This document shows positions 27,742 through 38,600 of a DNA stretch of 58,921 nucleotides, piece by piece. Origin of the DNA: a virus (lineage: Duplodnaviria > Caudoviricetes); the IMG/VR virus record IMGVR_UViG_3300018080_000203, positions 1 to 58,921 of that record. The stretch is one strand, 5' to 3'. Positions within the stretch are counted from its first letter, which is position 1, and every line of letters begins with the position of its first letter. Both the position numbers and the translations under genes were made by a program. The notes under the pieces were generated by a model, which had not been told where the DNA came from, did no database searches, and was given only the letters and a program-made list of their open reading frames with translations.

Positions 27742-29331
27742 CTACGAGGTCAGATTCCCCGTTCCAGCCAGCTCATCGAATTCTTGCTCGGTGAGCCCGA
27801 AGTCATCCAGCGTAGCGCCTTGCTGGCCATTGCCTGATTTTTTGCGCGGCGCACCAAAAGTATCTTCTTCTAATGACCGCTGTTTTCCACGCCCAAGACG
27901 AGCGCGGATTCTTTCAGATTCATCTTCGTCACGAACACGACCGCCGCTGCTACGGCGCCCATGAGATCGAACGATTCTATCTACTTCTGACACCGAGTTG
28001 GCGCCTTCACAAAGTTCTTGAAGTTCTTCACCATCAGGGTGATGTTGGATAATGCTTTCAACGTAAGAAGCTACCTGTACATGTTCTGCTAAATCAAGAG
28101 CTTTTCTTGTACGATCATCAGCTTCTTTGATTTTCTTTTTGGCTTCTTCAGCTCGTTCTTCGGCCTTCTCAACACGCTGTTCAAGCGAGCTGATTTTATC
28201 GAGAAGTTCGCTCTTGGCTTCTTCTTCTTCACCAATATGTTCGTCTTTGGCCGACGAAAGCTCTTTTTGAAGAACTTCAATACGTTCATCAAGAGCTTCA
28301 ATGCTGTCATATTGGTCTATCTTTCCAATGAGTTTTACAATGGCATCACGCGAAGAATGACCAGCAATCTTGCGCTCAATATGAAGCCGATACGCTGCCT
28401 CTTTCGCAATAACAGCCATCTCATCATGTTCTTTTTTGATTTTCTGTACCTCGAGTTCACGCTCAGCTAAATCGCCTTCCAATTTAGCAATACGCTCATC
28501 TCTCGACGCCAACTCTTGTTGGTGAACTACTGGACTGGCAAAACTCGTTACCATCGAAGCGATACGCTCAAGAACTTGCTTTGCACCTGCTATCTCTGGA
28601 TCACTCAGGTACTCACTCCTTACACGTTCTTCAGCAGCTCCATCAATCTGCTCCATCTTTCGACGAAGCTCGGTAGAAAATTTTTCAGTCAAACGCTCTT
28701 CAACACGGCGCTCGGCTTCTGCCAACACGCCAGATGTCATCTCCTCGACTAAGCCAGGATAGTTTTTCTTTAGTTCCTCGACGGTTAGCATATTCTCTCC
28801 CTCTGGTATCCGCTGTAGCTCCTCATGGAACACCTGCGGATACGCCGAACGCGTAGCAGGGTCCGCGACGAAATCGAAAGTATCGAGTTTGAAATCCTCT
28901 TGTACTTCTTCGGTTCCATCAGGAAGCGTTTTCGTTGAACCATAGCCCCGGCTGCTTACACCAACCTGAGCCCCAGCCTCCATAATAGTCTTTAGTATAC
29001 GACCATTTGGAGTGTCCAGAATTTCAGATTCACCAATGACCTCGTTGCCCTCGACATTCAAGCCAGTAAGTAAATGACTAACACGTTGTAGCTTGGTGCG
29101 CCCATCGGCAGGGTGATCGAGCTCACCAAAGCATCGACGCATATTCATATCTTCGAGTTTTCGGTTGATTTCGCGATCCCACAAATGCTTTCTGTACAGA
29201 CGCTTATTTTCAGTCGCCTTATCACTGCGAGCATATGGACCACGAGCAACAACCTTGCCAAGCTTTCCTTTTTCAGTTGATTCCTGCAACTCAAAAGTAA
29301 GAGGCATTGTATCGATGAGTAGAGTAGCCAT
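27742..29331 (-). CDS. prohead protease (T4 gp21-like) fused to acidic coiled-coil scaffold
   Basis: N.R.Y, FGELDHP, ILDTPNG, GVSSRG.GS, DFVADP; ~350-aa Glu-rich helical C-terminus. Confidence 0.92.
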   Translation of the reverse strand: MATLLIDTMPLTFELQESTEKGKLGKVVARGPYARSDKATENKRLYRKHLWDREINRKLEDMNMRRCFGELDHPADGRTKLQRVSHLLTGLNVEGNEVIGESEILDTPNGRILKTIMEAGAQVGVSSRGYGSTKTLPDGTEEVQEDFKLDTFDFVADPATRSAYPQVFHEELQRIPEGENMLTVEELKKNYPGLVEEMTSGVLAEAERRVEERLTEKFSTELRRKMEQIDGAAEERVRSEYLSDPEIAGAKQVLERIASMVTSFASPVVHQQELASRDERIAKLEGDLAERELEVQKIKKEHDEMAVIAKEAAYRLHIERKIAGHSSRDAIVKLIGKIDQYDSIEALDERIEVLQKELSSAKDEHIGEEEEAKSELLDKISSLEQRVEKAEERAEEAKKKIKEADDRTRKALDLAEHVQVASYVESIIQHHPDGEELQELCEGANSVSEVDRIVRSHGRRSSGGRVRDEDESERIRARLGRGKQRSLEEDTFGAPRKKSGNGQQGATLDDFGLTEQEFDELAGTGNLTS

Positions 29332-29335
29332 CCGT

Positions 29336-29557
29336 TCACCCTGACCTTATGGCACTTGATCGAAAAGGAGAGCGGGCAAGCAAATCGCCGAGCCGTCGTT
29401 TTGGTCTCTTCCGTTTTGGAACAATTTTTCGCTTACCCTTTTTCTCAAATCCAATCTTGTCCCGAGTCGTACCTCCAAAACCAAGGGCTTCCCGCCGACC
29501 ACTTCTGGTTCTTAGCCTGCTAGCTTCAAAGAGCCAATCGACGGGAATCCACGTCAC
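29336..29557 (-). CDS. small Arg/Lys-rich protein (class-III leader MTWIPVDWLFEA)
   Basis: fills the gap exactly, GAGG SD, GTG start. Confidence 0.6.
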   Translation of the reverse strand: MTWIPVDWLFEASRLRTRSGRREALGFGGTTRDKIGFEKKGKRKIVPKRKRPKRRLGDLLARSPFRSSAIRSG

Positions 29558-29559
29558 CT

Positions 29560-30555
29560 CTACTCGTCATCCTCGAAGTCGATTTCGTTGTCCTTATCAT
29601 CGTTGTCTTCGTCAGGTTCAATATCTTCGTCATCGTCTTCGCTGATAAGGTCTTCGTCATCGTCTTCTTCGTCGTCCTCGTAGAGCCCATTCTCGACACC
29701 CATTTGGATGGATTCAAATAGGCTTGGAGATCCGATTTCTTCATGTGTCGCAAGAGCTTTTGTCACGCCCTCGAGCAGAGAAGCAAGTCTGCTTTGAAGC
29801 TCTTCACTCACTTCGCCGCCAGCCGCCTCGATAGCCTCAGAAAGAGTCACTGCTGACTCGCTCATAGCATAGAGCATATTGCCAGCGTCGATGTCTCCCA
29901 TCGCCTCAAAGCATTCGCCAAGGAGCCAAGCCAGCCAACCGCCATTAATGGCAGCTTCTTCATGGGGCGAAACCTCTCCAGTATTGGTGTCGCTGTTCTC
30001 CAGCTCTTCTCTGAGCTGTTGAAGCTGAGCGGCCACACCCTCTTGACGGACAATAAAGCCCTTTTTCGCCACTTTTGAGAGACGTTTACGGCGCTTTTTG
30101 ATCTTGGCCTTTTTGCGCTTATAGTACATTTTGGCAGCAGCACGAAGTTGACCTTTTTTCTTTCTTCTGGCTGCCTTCTCTTTGCGCTTTTGTTTGACAG
30201 TGACTTTCACCAACTTCCCAGTTTTGGGGTCAACTCTGAAACCCCTCTTTCTGCGAACCATGCGTTCTCCAAGAAAAACGAGATCTTCGTCTTCCTCTAA
30301 ATCACTGCCATCCCATTCAACATGCTGTTGTTCGTTGTCATCAGCTTCAGAAGTATCATGCTCATCATTGTCAGAGCTCTCGTTTTCTTCTGTCAATCGT
30401 GGACGCACCGCCTCAGAGGTCGGTGGACTTCCAGCATGTTGTTCAAGTAGCCCAGAATTGCGCTCGATGTCATCCATGACCTTGCTTGGATCGAGCCCAA
30501 TACCTTCAAGCTCCTCACTCAGTGGGCGAACTTTGAAATCTTTCCGATTGAACAT
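29560..30555 (-). CDS. prohead core protein (acidic-basic-acidic)
   Basis: GGAGG SD; central Arg/Lys block; Asp/Glu tail; position between portal and protease. Confidence 0.65.
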   Translation of the reverse strand: MFNRKDFKVRPLSEELEGIGLDPSKVMDDIERNSGLLEQHAGSPPTSEAVRPRLTEENESSDNDEHDTSEADDNEQQHVEWDGSDLEEDEDLVFLGERMVRRKRGFRVDPKTGKLVKVTVKQKRKEKAARRKKKGQLRAAAKMYYKRKKAKIKKRRKRLSKVAKKGFIVRQEGVAAQLQQLREELENSDTNTGEVSPHEEAAINGGWLAWLLGECFEAMGDIDAGNMLYAMSESAVTLSEAIEAAGGEVSEELQSRLASLLEGVTKALATHEEIGSPSLFESIQMGVENGLYEDDEEDDDEDLISEDDDEDIEPDEDNDDKDNEIDFEDDE

Positions 30556-30573
30556 TCCCCTCGACCTCCCTGC

Positions 30574-31524
30574 CTATTGAGGCTGATCGAAACGACGAGC
30601 GAACTTTTCTGAGAACGCTGCCGCAAGACCCATTTCTTTTGCCCTCGCCGCCACTCCATCATGAACCCGTGCAAGGCTCTTTAGCGTACCGTCTTTACAC
30701 ACCGAAATGGCATCTTCGACGATCCCAATAGTAGCATCGAGGTCTGCTCCAAATTTAGAAACAAATTCTATGAAGTCTTCGACGATCACTGCGGAATCCA
30801 AATCACTCTCTAGACGATACTCGTCATTGAAACGACAAGCAACCGCAATGCTATCTTTCATTCGATGAAGACTTTCACGTAAGCGTCTAAGAGACGCCTC
30901 AATTATTTTTCTGTGCCGATCATCGCTATTATCACCTTCGTTGATAAAATTATCGAATTTCGGCTTCGGAAAATCTTTGTTAGCCTCAGCGCCTACGTAT
31001 TGAGCCATGGTTTTCTCGTTTTCACGTACCGCAACGAGCCATTCAGGGTCTTTTGCAGAGTCACCGCCACAAAATGAAGCTTGAATAAAATCGTCCTCAA
31101 CTCCTTCTGCGGTGAGCTTTACACCAGACCTTACTAATTCATACAATGACCCAAGATGGATGTCCACCTCGTCGTCGTTGCCATCAAGAAGAGCCTTAAC
31201 CGCCCCAACTGACTCATTTCTCACTTCAGCGCTCAACTCAGAAGCTTCTCGAACAGGAATATCAACCCTCTCAACATTGTCAAATTCTACCTCTCCAGTC
31301 TCTTCGTTAAACGAAAAACTAGCCCGAAAGAACTCTCCAGTATTGTTGAGAATAATCGCATGGTTGGCGAACGTTCCTAGTGTTCGAACTTCGGCACCTT
31401 CGTCACCACCAAAAAGCTCAGGTTGTAAAGCAACAGCCTCGTCAACCCGCCCCATTACCACCTCGTAGCTACCCTCTAGTAACTTCGAGAGGAATTCACC
31501 ATCTACTAGCTTTCGTGATCCCAT
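30574..31524 (-). CDS. hypothetical head-module protein
   Basis: 316-aa acidic ORF after portal. Confidence 0.7.
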   Translation of the reverse strand: MGSRKLVDGEFLSKLLEGSYEVVMGRVDEAVALQPELFGGDEGAEVRTLGTFANHAIILNNTGEFFRASFSFNEETGEVEFDNVERVDIPVREASELSAEVRNESVGAVKALLDGNDDEVDIHLGSLYELVRSGVKLTAEGVEDDFIQASFCGGDSAKDPEWLVAVRENEKTMAQYVGAEANKDFPKPKFDNFINEGDNSDDRHRKIIEASLRRLRESLHRMKDSIAVACRFNDEYRLESDLDSAVIVEDFIEFVSKFGADLDATIGIVEDAISVCKDGTLKSLARVHDGVAARAKEMGLAAAFSEKFARRFDQPQ

Positions 31525-31610
31525 GACATCCAGATTATAGGTCTTTCCTTACGAAAAGCAGCCTACGGCTATGAGTGCTCGCGTGTCAAGCCTTGTTATC
31601 ATACATGATA

Positions 31611-34600
31611 CTATAAACTTGCTTCCGCTCGCATCGTTTTACGAAGGTCTACAAGCAATCCGCCCAGTTCACGCATTCGCTTATTGACCACCGCGTTTTC
31701 CCTATACAATCGGGCAAATTTCTCATTTACCCGCCTTTCTGTCTCACGATTTCCTTTCTCAAACTCACGCCGCCAATCGAAATTAGGGACAGCTTTGATC
31801 AATTGTGATAAACGCCGATCAAATTGATGAACTTCTGTCAATGTTGGAGCTCCACCAGAAACTGTCTCATCATCTACAGACATCTGAAGCTTTTGGATCT
31901 GAGCCTCTACAGCTCCATCCTTCAACCTCTCCTCGTTTTTCTCTTCCATAACCTTGACAGCTTCTTCTTCTGTAAACTTGAAAAGGTGAACCAAAAGCCA
32001 CTTGGTTGACACCATCTCGCCCATTCTTGAAGCGAGATCAGCAGTGGTGTTCATGACTTCCATTCTGGCCAATTCAAGAATCGACGACGGAACAGTCATG
32101 TGTACTTGATAATCGTATTTATCTGATTCTCTGCCGATAGCTATAAGGTGAACTCGGCATGCTTTTCGATACCCACCTCTTAGGCATCGCTGAATACGCA
32201 TAATAGCACGAGCAAACCTGATATCTTGGGTGGACAATTGCCCTTGAACAGGCTCTCCACCGTACCCATAGTACGCCTTTGGTATTTTTAACGAGGCAAC
32301 AAGCTTATCACGGTGATACTCAAGACTATCGGTCTCGGTGTAATCAGGCCCTTGGATGACGTCTATTTCAGTCGTCCGCTTTCCATCACGAACAGGTATA
32401 AAGAAGTCTTCATCATGAGAATTTTTTACAAAAATTCCAGCAGACAACGCGAATGTATGTGTTTTTCCAACTGTCAGCGTAAAAGTATCAGCCCGCTCTT
32501 CAAGCCATTCAATAGACACGACTTTGTGGTTATCACCAATGGCGGCCTTCCGAAATGAATCAAAATCATCATATCCCTCTTCCCTCACCATCTTTAGAAG
32601 CATATGACGATGAATTGATACGACCTTTCTTGTATTGGCCTCTTGAAGGACATCGCGAAGCACATCAAAAGCAGCCAAAGCAATATCATCCATACTGGCT
32701 TCTGGGTTACTGCGTACAAGCTCTTTGACTCCTTCAATAAAAACCAAAGGAAACTTGATCCGCATATTCCTGCTTGCCTTCTCGCGCCGTTCATGATTAG
32801 CCCAAAGCTCGCTCATGGCCTTGCTGCGGATCTCGTTATCCCTGGCATGCTGCTCAGAGCTATTGTACTCACGAATAAATCGACCCTGGTCTCTCTCCTT
32901 GTTCCACTCAGCAAGCTTCTCACGACGCTCGGTGCTCTGGTTGTACCGAGTTATATTTTGACGAGATGCATTCCTGAGTCGCTGATCAAGTTCTGGATCT
33001 TCAATCCTTGCTCTCTTGAGAGCCTCGCCACCATTGACACCAAGCATACGATGAAAAGCCAAATGATCTTTATAAACCATTCCAATCAAATTTGAAGGAA
33101 GATTGTTCAATGGATTGAAATCGTCGTGGTGAACGAGTTCATTCTTCTTTTTGAGTTTGAGGTCCGAAGCCACCACACGATGCCCATAGAGTGACTTTCT
33201 CGTTTTTGGACAGTAGACCAATTCATAGCCTTCAAGCGTCTCACCCTTGGCCTTAGAGCTAATCCGCCTACGAAATGGCATCAAAGAATCTCCAGGTCGT
33301 AAATTTTGAGCTTCTACTTTTGAACAATCTCGACGAATCATTTTGTGGTCTGGAGTCACAATGACTGACTCGCCGTTGTCCAAAGTAACTCTTACGAGCT
33401 GAGCATCACGTCGCGTCTTACCAGCCCACTCTACCTTTCCAGGCCGAAGCTTTCCATCATTATCGAGGTCAACTGACCAAACCCACTGCTCTTCACCAAG
33501 AGCATATGCATTTGCCATCTCCTCTATTGTTCTCACGCTTCCATCGAGAAGCTGAATCTCGGTTTTCCCGTGCAAACACAAAGGGTTATAACGCATATCG
33601 AGTTTACCAGTAGAATTATGAACAAAAACATTGCTTACCAATGCAAAATTAGCATACTTATCTACATCCATATTATAAACATCTTCATATCCATCAAAAC
33701 GCACATCAACAACTCGATGATTTATCTCCTCTCCAGCTCTTCTCTCATACTTTCTGTTGCGCCATTTACAATGACCAACAACCTGTCGCTTGAAATCCTT
33801 GAAACCTTTGTAGCCCTGTCGTCCAAGCCAAACTTTGAAACACCCATAACTCATAACCGACTTCTGTGTCGTTGGAAGATTTTTATATAAAACCAAAAAT
33901 TCCTTATCTGTATTGAGGTGTTCAACTAATTCCTCAGCCGTAATCAATGGATCACACTCAATCAATTTCACAACTACAGACATCATCGCATCATAAATAG
34001 GCTCAGATGCTTTTTTGCGATCATCAACGTTTTTACGACCGTTCTCTGCACAAACTTTTCTAACAAGATCAGGATTACGCGACCGCCACGCATTCAACCG
34101 CTCAGCAACATCACTAGCAAACACTTTATCCGTCTTTACACGATGCACAAAAGAATCTCTGGCCTTTTTTAGATTTTCACCAAGATGTTTTTTGGCATGA
34201 CTTTCTCTTTCACCTACTTCAAGATTCGATGGATCATTGTTTGATTTTACACGATCTTTATGATGAACTACAGCATCAGATAACCCCTCAAACAATTCTG
34301 GCCACAACTCGCGTGCAACAAGTGAATGAACATGTTCTTGCTTACCATCAAACGGCTGCTTGATTTTTGTGTAGCCGCGTCCACCATTGGTTCTCGCCAT
34401 CAAAATCGGCATCAAACGATCTCCAGCCTTCAACTGATCACACCGCCTGTAAACACCATCTCGCATAAGAAACGGATGATGACCTGTTGCTCTAACAACC
34501 GCTCCACTGTCTAAAACAACCCTGTAAACAGGAACATTTTTTCCTGTCTGTCTTGGATTTTTTGCAAGACCAGGTACAACCTTTCCTTTAGAAAGGTCAA

Positions 34601-35636
34601 AACTATAAACCCACCTGTCACCTCCGTCGTCAGCAAGCTCCTTCATAGAACGCATCGACCCATCAAGACAGTGAACCAATGTGTCACCAGTTAGACAGGG
34701 ATTCACAAATTTCTTCCTGGTAAAGCTATTCTTGACTCGATTGACGTGAGCAAGACCCCTCTCAGCATCGAGCTGGCCAACATCGACATAAAAGGCGTAC
34801 CTTGATGGTGCTCTCTCAAGCTTGTATATAAGTAACGCATCTTCCAGAAGTGCAAGTCGCTTCCATACCCATCGAGCAGGCTCAATAACAGCATGCCCAT
34901 AGACACTTCGCAAATGCTTACCCCTCAACCTCCAGTGAATGACCTCCCAATCTTCGAAAACAGTCAATTCACCAGGAGCTCTGTTGCGCTGAGACATAGT
35001 TGTTGTTGGGGCCTTCACATTACCGCCACGCTCTTGCGCAAGCGCATAAAAGTCTTCCATGGTTATATTGAATTCGCCTCTGATATCCTGAAGAAAACCC
35101 AAAAGGTTACCCTTTGTATCTTCAACACGACGCATCGTTGGAGGAGGCAAATAATTGATTCCAACCACTCCAGTCTCATTTACTAACAATTCCCCGTAGT
35201 TATTCCCATATTTGCATAAAGTCCTGGCACTACCCCAAATATCATCCTCAACCGTGAGATTATCATGAAGCATCTTGTTTAACTCATCGGCTGTACTCTT
35301 GTCTTTCGAGGTAACCCAAATAGCCTCCTCACGATCGAGATTTGGTGTACAAGAATCATCAGCGTAAATATCGAGCGATACCATGATCTCCGGGTATTCA
35401 TCCATCTCTTCGTAGTCAGTAAATCTGGCCTGAAGATCTTGATCGATTCGCAAATGTTCAGCCAGCGAATCATACCCATAATGACTGGCAAGCGTATATG
35501 GAAGCCCAGCACGCTCGACAGAAGGCGTCCCACCACGTCTAATGTCTGCCGCTTCTTCACCGTGAGAACGAGCAAAAAAACTTCTTATAGCACTACCAGC
35601 GGCTTTGGTGAATCCTTCAAAAAGTCGTCGTGCCAA
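31611..35636 (-). CDS. portal protein (T4 gp20-like) with two inteins; ~594 aa after splicing
   Basis: Y.EMD.YPEI..LDI..DD, LLEDALLIY..ERAP.R..FYVDVG, EDFFIP.R.G...TEI, L..SLKIP, IRFAR.I.RIQ. Confidence 0.95.
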   Translation of the reverse strand: MARRLFEGFTKAAGSAIRSFFARSHGEEAADIRRGGTPSVERAGLPYTLASHYGYDSLAEHLRIDQDLQARFTDYEEMDEYPEIMVSLDIYADDSCTPNLDREEAIWVTSKDKSTADELNKMLHDNLTVEDDIWGSARTLCKYGNNYGELLVNETGVVGINYLPPPTMRRVEDTKGNLLGFLQDIRGEFNITMEDFYALAQERGGNVKAPTTTMSQRNRAPGELTVFEDWEVIHWRLRGKHLRSVYGHAVIEPARWVWKRLALLEDALLIYKLERAPSRYAFYVDVGQLDAERGLAHVNRVKNSFTRKKFVNPCLTGDTLVHCLDGSMRSMKELADDGGDRWVYSFDLSKGKVVPGLAKNPRQTGKNVPVYRVVLDSGAVVRATGHHPFLMRDGVYRRCDQLKAGDRLMPILMARTNGGRGYTKIKQPFDGKQEHVHSLVARELWPELFEGLSDAVVHHKDRVKSNNDPSNLEVGERESHAKKHLGENLKKARDSFVHRVKTDKVFASDVAERLNAWRSRNPDLVRKVCAENGRKNVDDRKKASEPIYDAMMSVVVKLIECDPLITAEELVEHLNTDKEFLVLYKNLPTTQKSVMSYGCFKVWLGRQGYKGFKDFKRQVVGHCKWRNRKYERRAGEEINHRVVDVRFDGYEDVYNMDVDKYANFALVSNVFVHNSTGKLDMRYNPLCLHGKTEIQLLDGSVRTIEEMANAYALGEEQWVWSVDLDNDGKLRPGKVEWAGKTRRDAQLVRVTLDNGESVIVTPDHKMIRRDCSKVEAQNLRPGDSLMPFRRRISSKAKGETLEGYELVYCPKTRKSLYGHRVVASDLKLKKKNELVHHDDFNPLNNLPSNLIGMVYKDHLAFHRMLGVNGGEALKRARIEDPELDQRLRNASRQNITRYNQSTERREKLAEWNKERDQGRFIREYNSSEQHARDNEIRSKAMSELWANHERREKASRNMRIKFPLVFIEGVKELVRSNPEASMDDIALAAFDVLRDVLQEANTRKVVSIHRHMLLKMVREEGYDDFDSFRKAAIGDNHKVVSIEWLEERADTFTLTVGKTHTFALSAGIFVKNSHDEDFFIPVRDGKRTTEIDVIQGPDYTETDSLEYHRDKLVASLKIPKAYYGYGGEPVQGQLSTQDIRFARAIMRIQRCLRGGYRKACRVHLIAIGRESDKYDYQVHMTVPSSILELARMEVMNTTADLASRMGEMVSTKWLLVHLFKFTEEEAVKVMEEKNEERLKDGAVEAQIQKLQMSVDDETVSGGAPTLTEVHQFDRRLSQLIKAVPNFDWRREFEKGNRETERRVNEKFARLYRENAVVNKRMRELGGLLVDLRKTMRAEASL
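32421..33578 (-). mobile_element. portal intein 2 (386 aa, HNH-containing, ends KN|S)
   Basis: CLHGKTEI start, VTPDHK block B, VHHDDFNPLNN.PSNL HNH, GIFVKN|S end. Confidence 0.9.
33615..34697 (-). mobile_element. portal intein 1 (361 aa, HNH-containing)
   Basis: CLTGDTLV start, ATGHHPF, VHHKDRVKSNNDPSNL HNH, VFVHN|S end. Confidence 0.92.
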
Positions 35637-35639
35637 TGT

Positions 35640-38600
35640 TTACCCCTTCAAAAAAGGCAACGCTGAGGGCGAATTACCGCGATCACTTACAAGACTTTGA
35701 CGCTCCCCTTTTATCTTAGTTGATTGCACTAACACTTTGCCACCCGTCACCCATGAATCGTCTTGTTTTTCATCAAAAGACTCTCTACTACTCATTATAG
35801 GATCTATCGGCCGCCCAGGAACCTTTTTTGTGAGAGCATACACCACACCAGCAATTGAGTCAGCTATGTCTTTTGAACCAGGTGTCCCATCAGGATTCTT
35901 TTTAGGATGATCGATTTTTACTTTTCCACCACTCTTAGGTATCCGTTGAAGGTAACGAAACTCACGCAAAGCAACAGAATGAGGCGCCATCCTAAAACGA
36001 TCCTCATACATCGCTGTTTTAAGTGTATCGTATGGCTCAGTTGTCCTGTCAACAGACACCACCTCAGACTCTATACCGTGTTTTCCAAATTGCTGAATAG
36101 TATCAACGCTTTGATATGAGTCTAAGCTAGCATAACTGATCTGAAAACCATGAGCCATAAACTGATAAACAATCCCACGAAGATCAGCAAGCATAATCTC
36201 ATCGCCAGGAGGAGGAACCACTCCAAGCACCAAATCTGCCTCAATACGAGGCGCCAATTCGTTGTATTCCTCGCCCATCGCATCCCGCCGCACAACCTCA
36301 GTCCAACCAGCAATATGCGCAATCGTAATACCAGAACTATCAGCAGTATGCGACGTATCAATATGAACAAATCTCGTGGCTTCTGGGTGTCTTATCGGTC
36401 TCCAAGCATCTTCTTCAAAACCACCAGGAAGACGCCTCTTGAATGGTTTTGCTATCCTATGCCACATAATAGGAAGTGGCGTGTTAGCCACCCATTCCTC
36501 AAGAGATCCTTCGCCTTCATCATACCCAACAGGATGCTCAAGAGTAACATCTTGGCAATCGTAAACCTTCTCAGTTCTATTCATGTACTGCGAAATAATA
36601 TCAGTTGCCACCCCAGCAATTTCTCTCAAACTCCCGTCGATATCATTTACAAAATCTTTTCGATAATCCTCTGGCACTGCAATAATTTGAAGACCAAGAT
36701 CTCCATACCTTTTCTCTTCCTCTGGATCGCCACTCAAAATACGCGAAGAAATTCGCTCAGTCCCAACTACAACCTTGAAGAACTTATCACTAAATTTCTC
36801 AGGAGGATGGACGTCCCATGTTGAATTATGCAAAAAGATACCTGTTTCAATAGCAAAATTTTCATATCCTTTCACAGACATATCATAAACATCACATCGC
36901 CCACATGACTCAACAGAAACAACCTTGTGATTTCCTGGACTCTTGTGACCATAAGATCTCTTTATTTTTGAGTATTGTGGCAATCCTTTTCTGCGTAACA
37001 CAGCACTTATTGCAGAAGGGGAACAATTATGCTTCTTAGCAAGAGTTGTTATAGAAATCCCATCTTTTGCACCACTTATGATATCACTAACAACAATTTT
37101 TCTCTTACCATCCCATCTTTTTAGACTTCTTTCTTTTTGAAGACGTCTTCCTTTTTCTGTATTATGAAACTCAGCAACTGCAACAGCAGATGCTTTCCTT
37201 CTTTTAGCCCATAACCTTTCATCTTTCCTTAATTTTTTTAGATGTTTTGCCCCACGCTCATTTCTTCTACTAGCAAAATCAGGATCTTTGTGTAATTGTT
37301 TCATATTTTCTGAAGAAAACTCACGGTGTTTGTCTGACTTTACGTGCTTTAACAAAACATCCATGTTATCACAATGATACTCTTGATGCTCAACCCACCC
37401 CATAACCTTTAAATTTTCAGGACAATTGTTTGTTTTATCAAAATCCTTATGATGAACAACATTAGGTTTCCCGTCATCCCCTAACTTCGACCATGTCTCT
37501 CCAACTCCTCTTAACGACATGTGATGAGTTTTTTGCCATCGCCCTCCCCACCACGGCTGAGCAATCTCTTCATAACCCCGATCGTCCAACCTTCGATACA
37601 AAGGCATAAGAGAATCACCTGGTACAAGATCAGAACACCTCTTATATTTTCCATCTTTCAACAAAAACGGATGATTAGCTGTTGTGCGCACAGATTCACC
37701 ACTATCAATAGTTACCCTAAAAACTTCAACATCTTTTAACGTAAGCCGCGGATGATGAGCTTCACCAGGAACAACGACACCATTCTTAATATCCATCGAA
37801 TAAACCCAAAACGACTCATCATCTGACACATCTCTTGCAAGTTCTTCTATTGTTTTCTGTGTTCCATTCATCAAAGGAATAACTGTGTCACCAGTAACAC
37901 AATACTCTCTAACAAACATCAGCGGATCGTCAATATCTCTAGCCTGTTGAATTCTTTTTTCAATAAAAGCTGACGGCCTCTCTTTTGACGATGCCAAAAT
38001 AAGCACACCAGGTACTCTCCCGACACGCTGAAATCTCGACTTCATACGTCGAATAATGCTCTTGTAAATACTCTCACCCATATCAACTACAATTTCACGA
38101 CCATGACGATCGAGCTGCTTAGAATCACCAAGAAAACTCGTTTCGTCAATTATTCCAGAAAAAACATTCAGCCCGATCATTGCTGACGATCCTGTCGAAC
38201 CAGCAACAACCTGAATGTTGCTTGGAAAACGCACCTCAAGATTCGACGGGGCTTCTTTTGGCTTAAAGTGTTCCTGGAAGTATCTTGAATAACGTATTTT
38301 TCCAATCAACTCATTGATAACAACACGCCTGGCAACTTTCTCAGTCTTAGAAATCATCGCAACATAAATATTTGAGCCAACATCTATCCCATACGCTCGC
38401 TGAGGATTGCGCAAGCATGACATTTGATAAACCACATAAGACATTGCTGTAGTAGAAAAAAACGATTTTCCCCACCCCAAACTACCTCCAAGTGCAGCTT
38501 CTTCATAACTACCTTCGAACAAATCAACAATGTCATCAGCAAGACGTGGCCAAAGCGATGCTCCTGTTTCACCGAGAAAATAAGGATCGCTCAGAAACGT

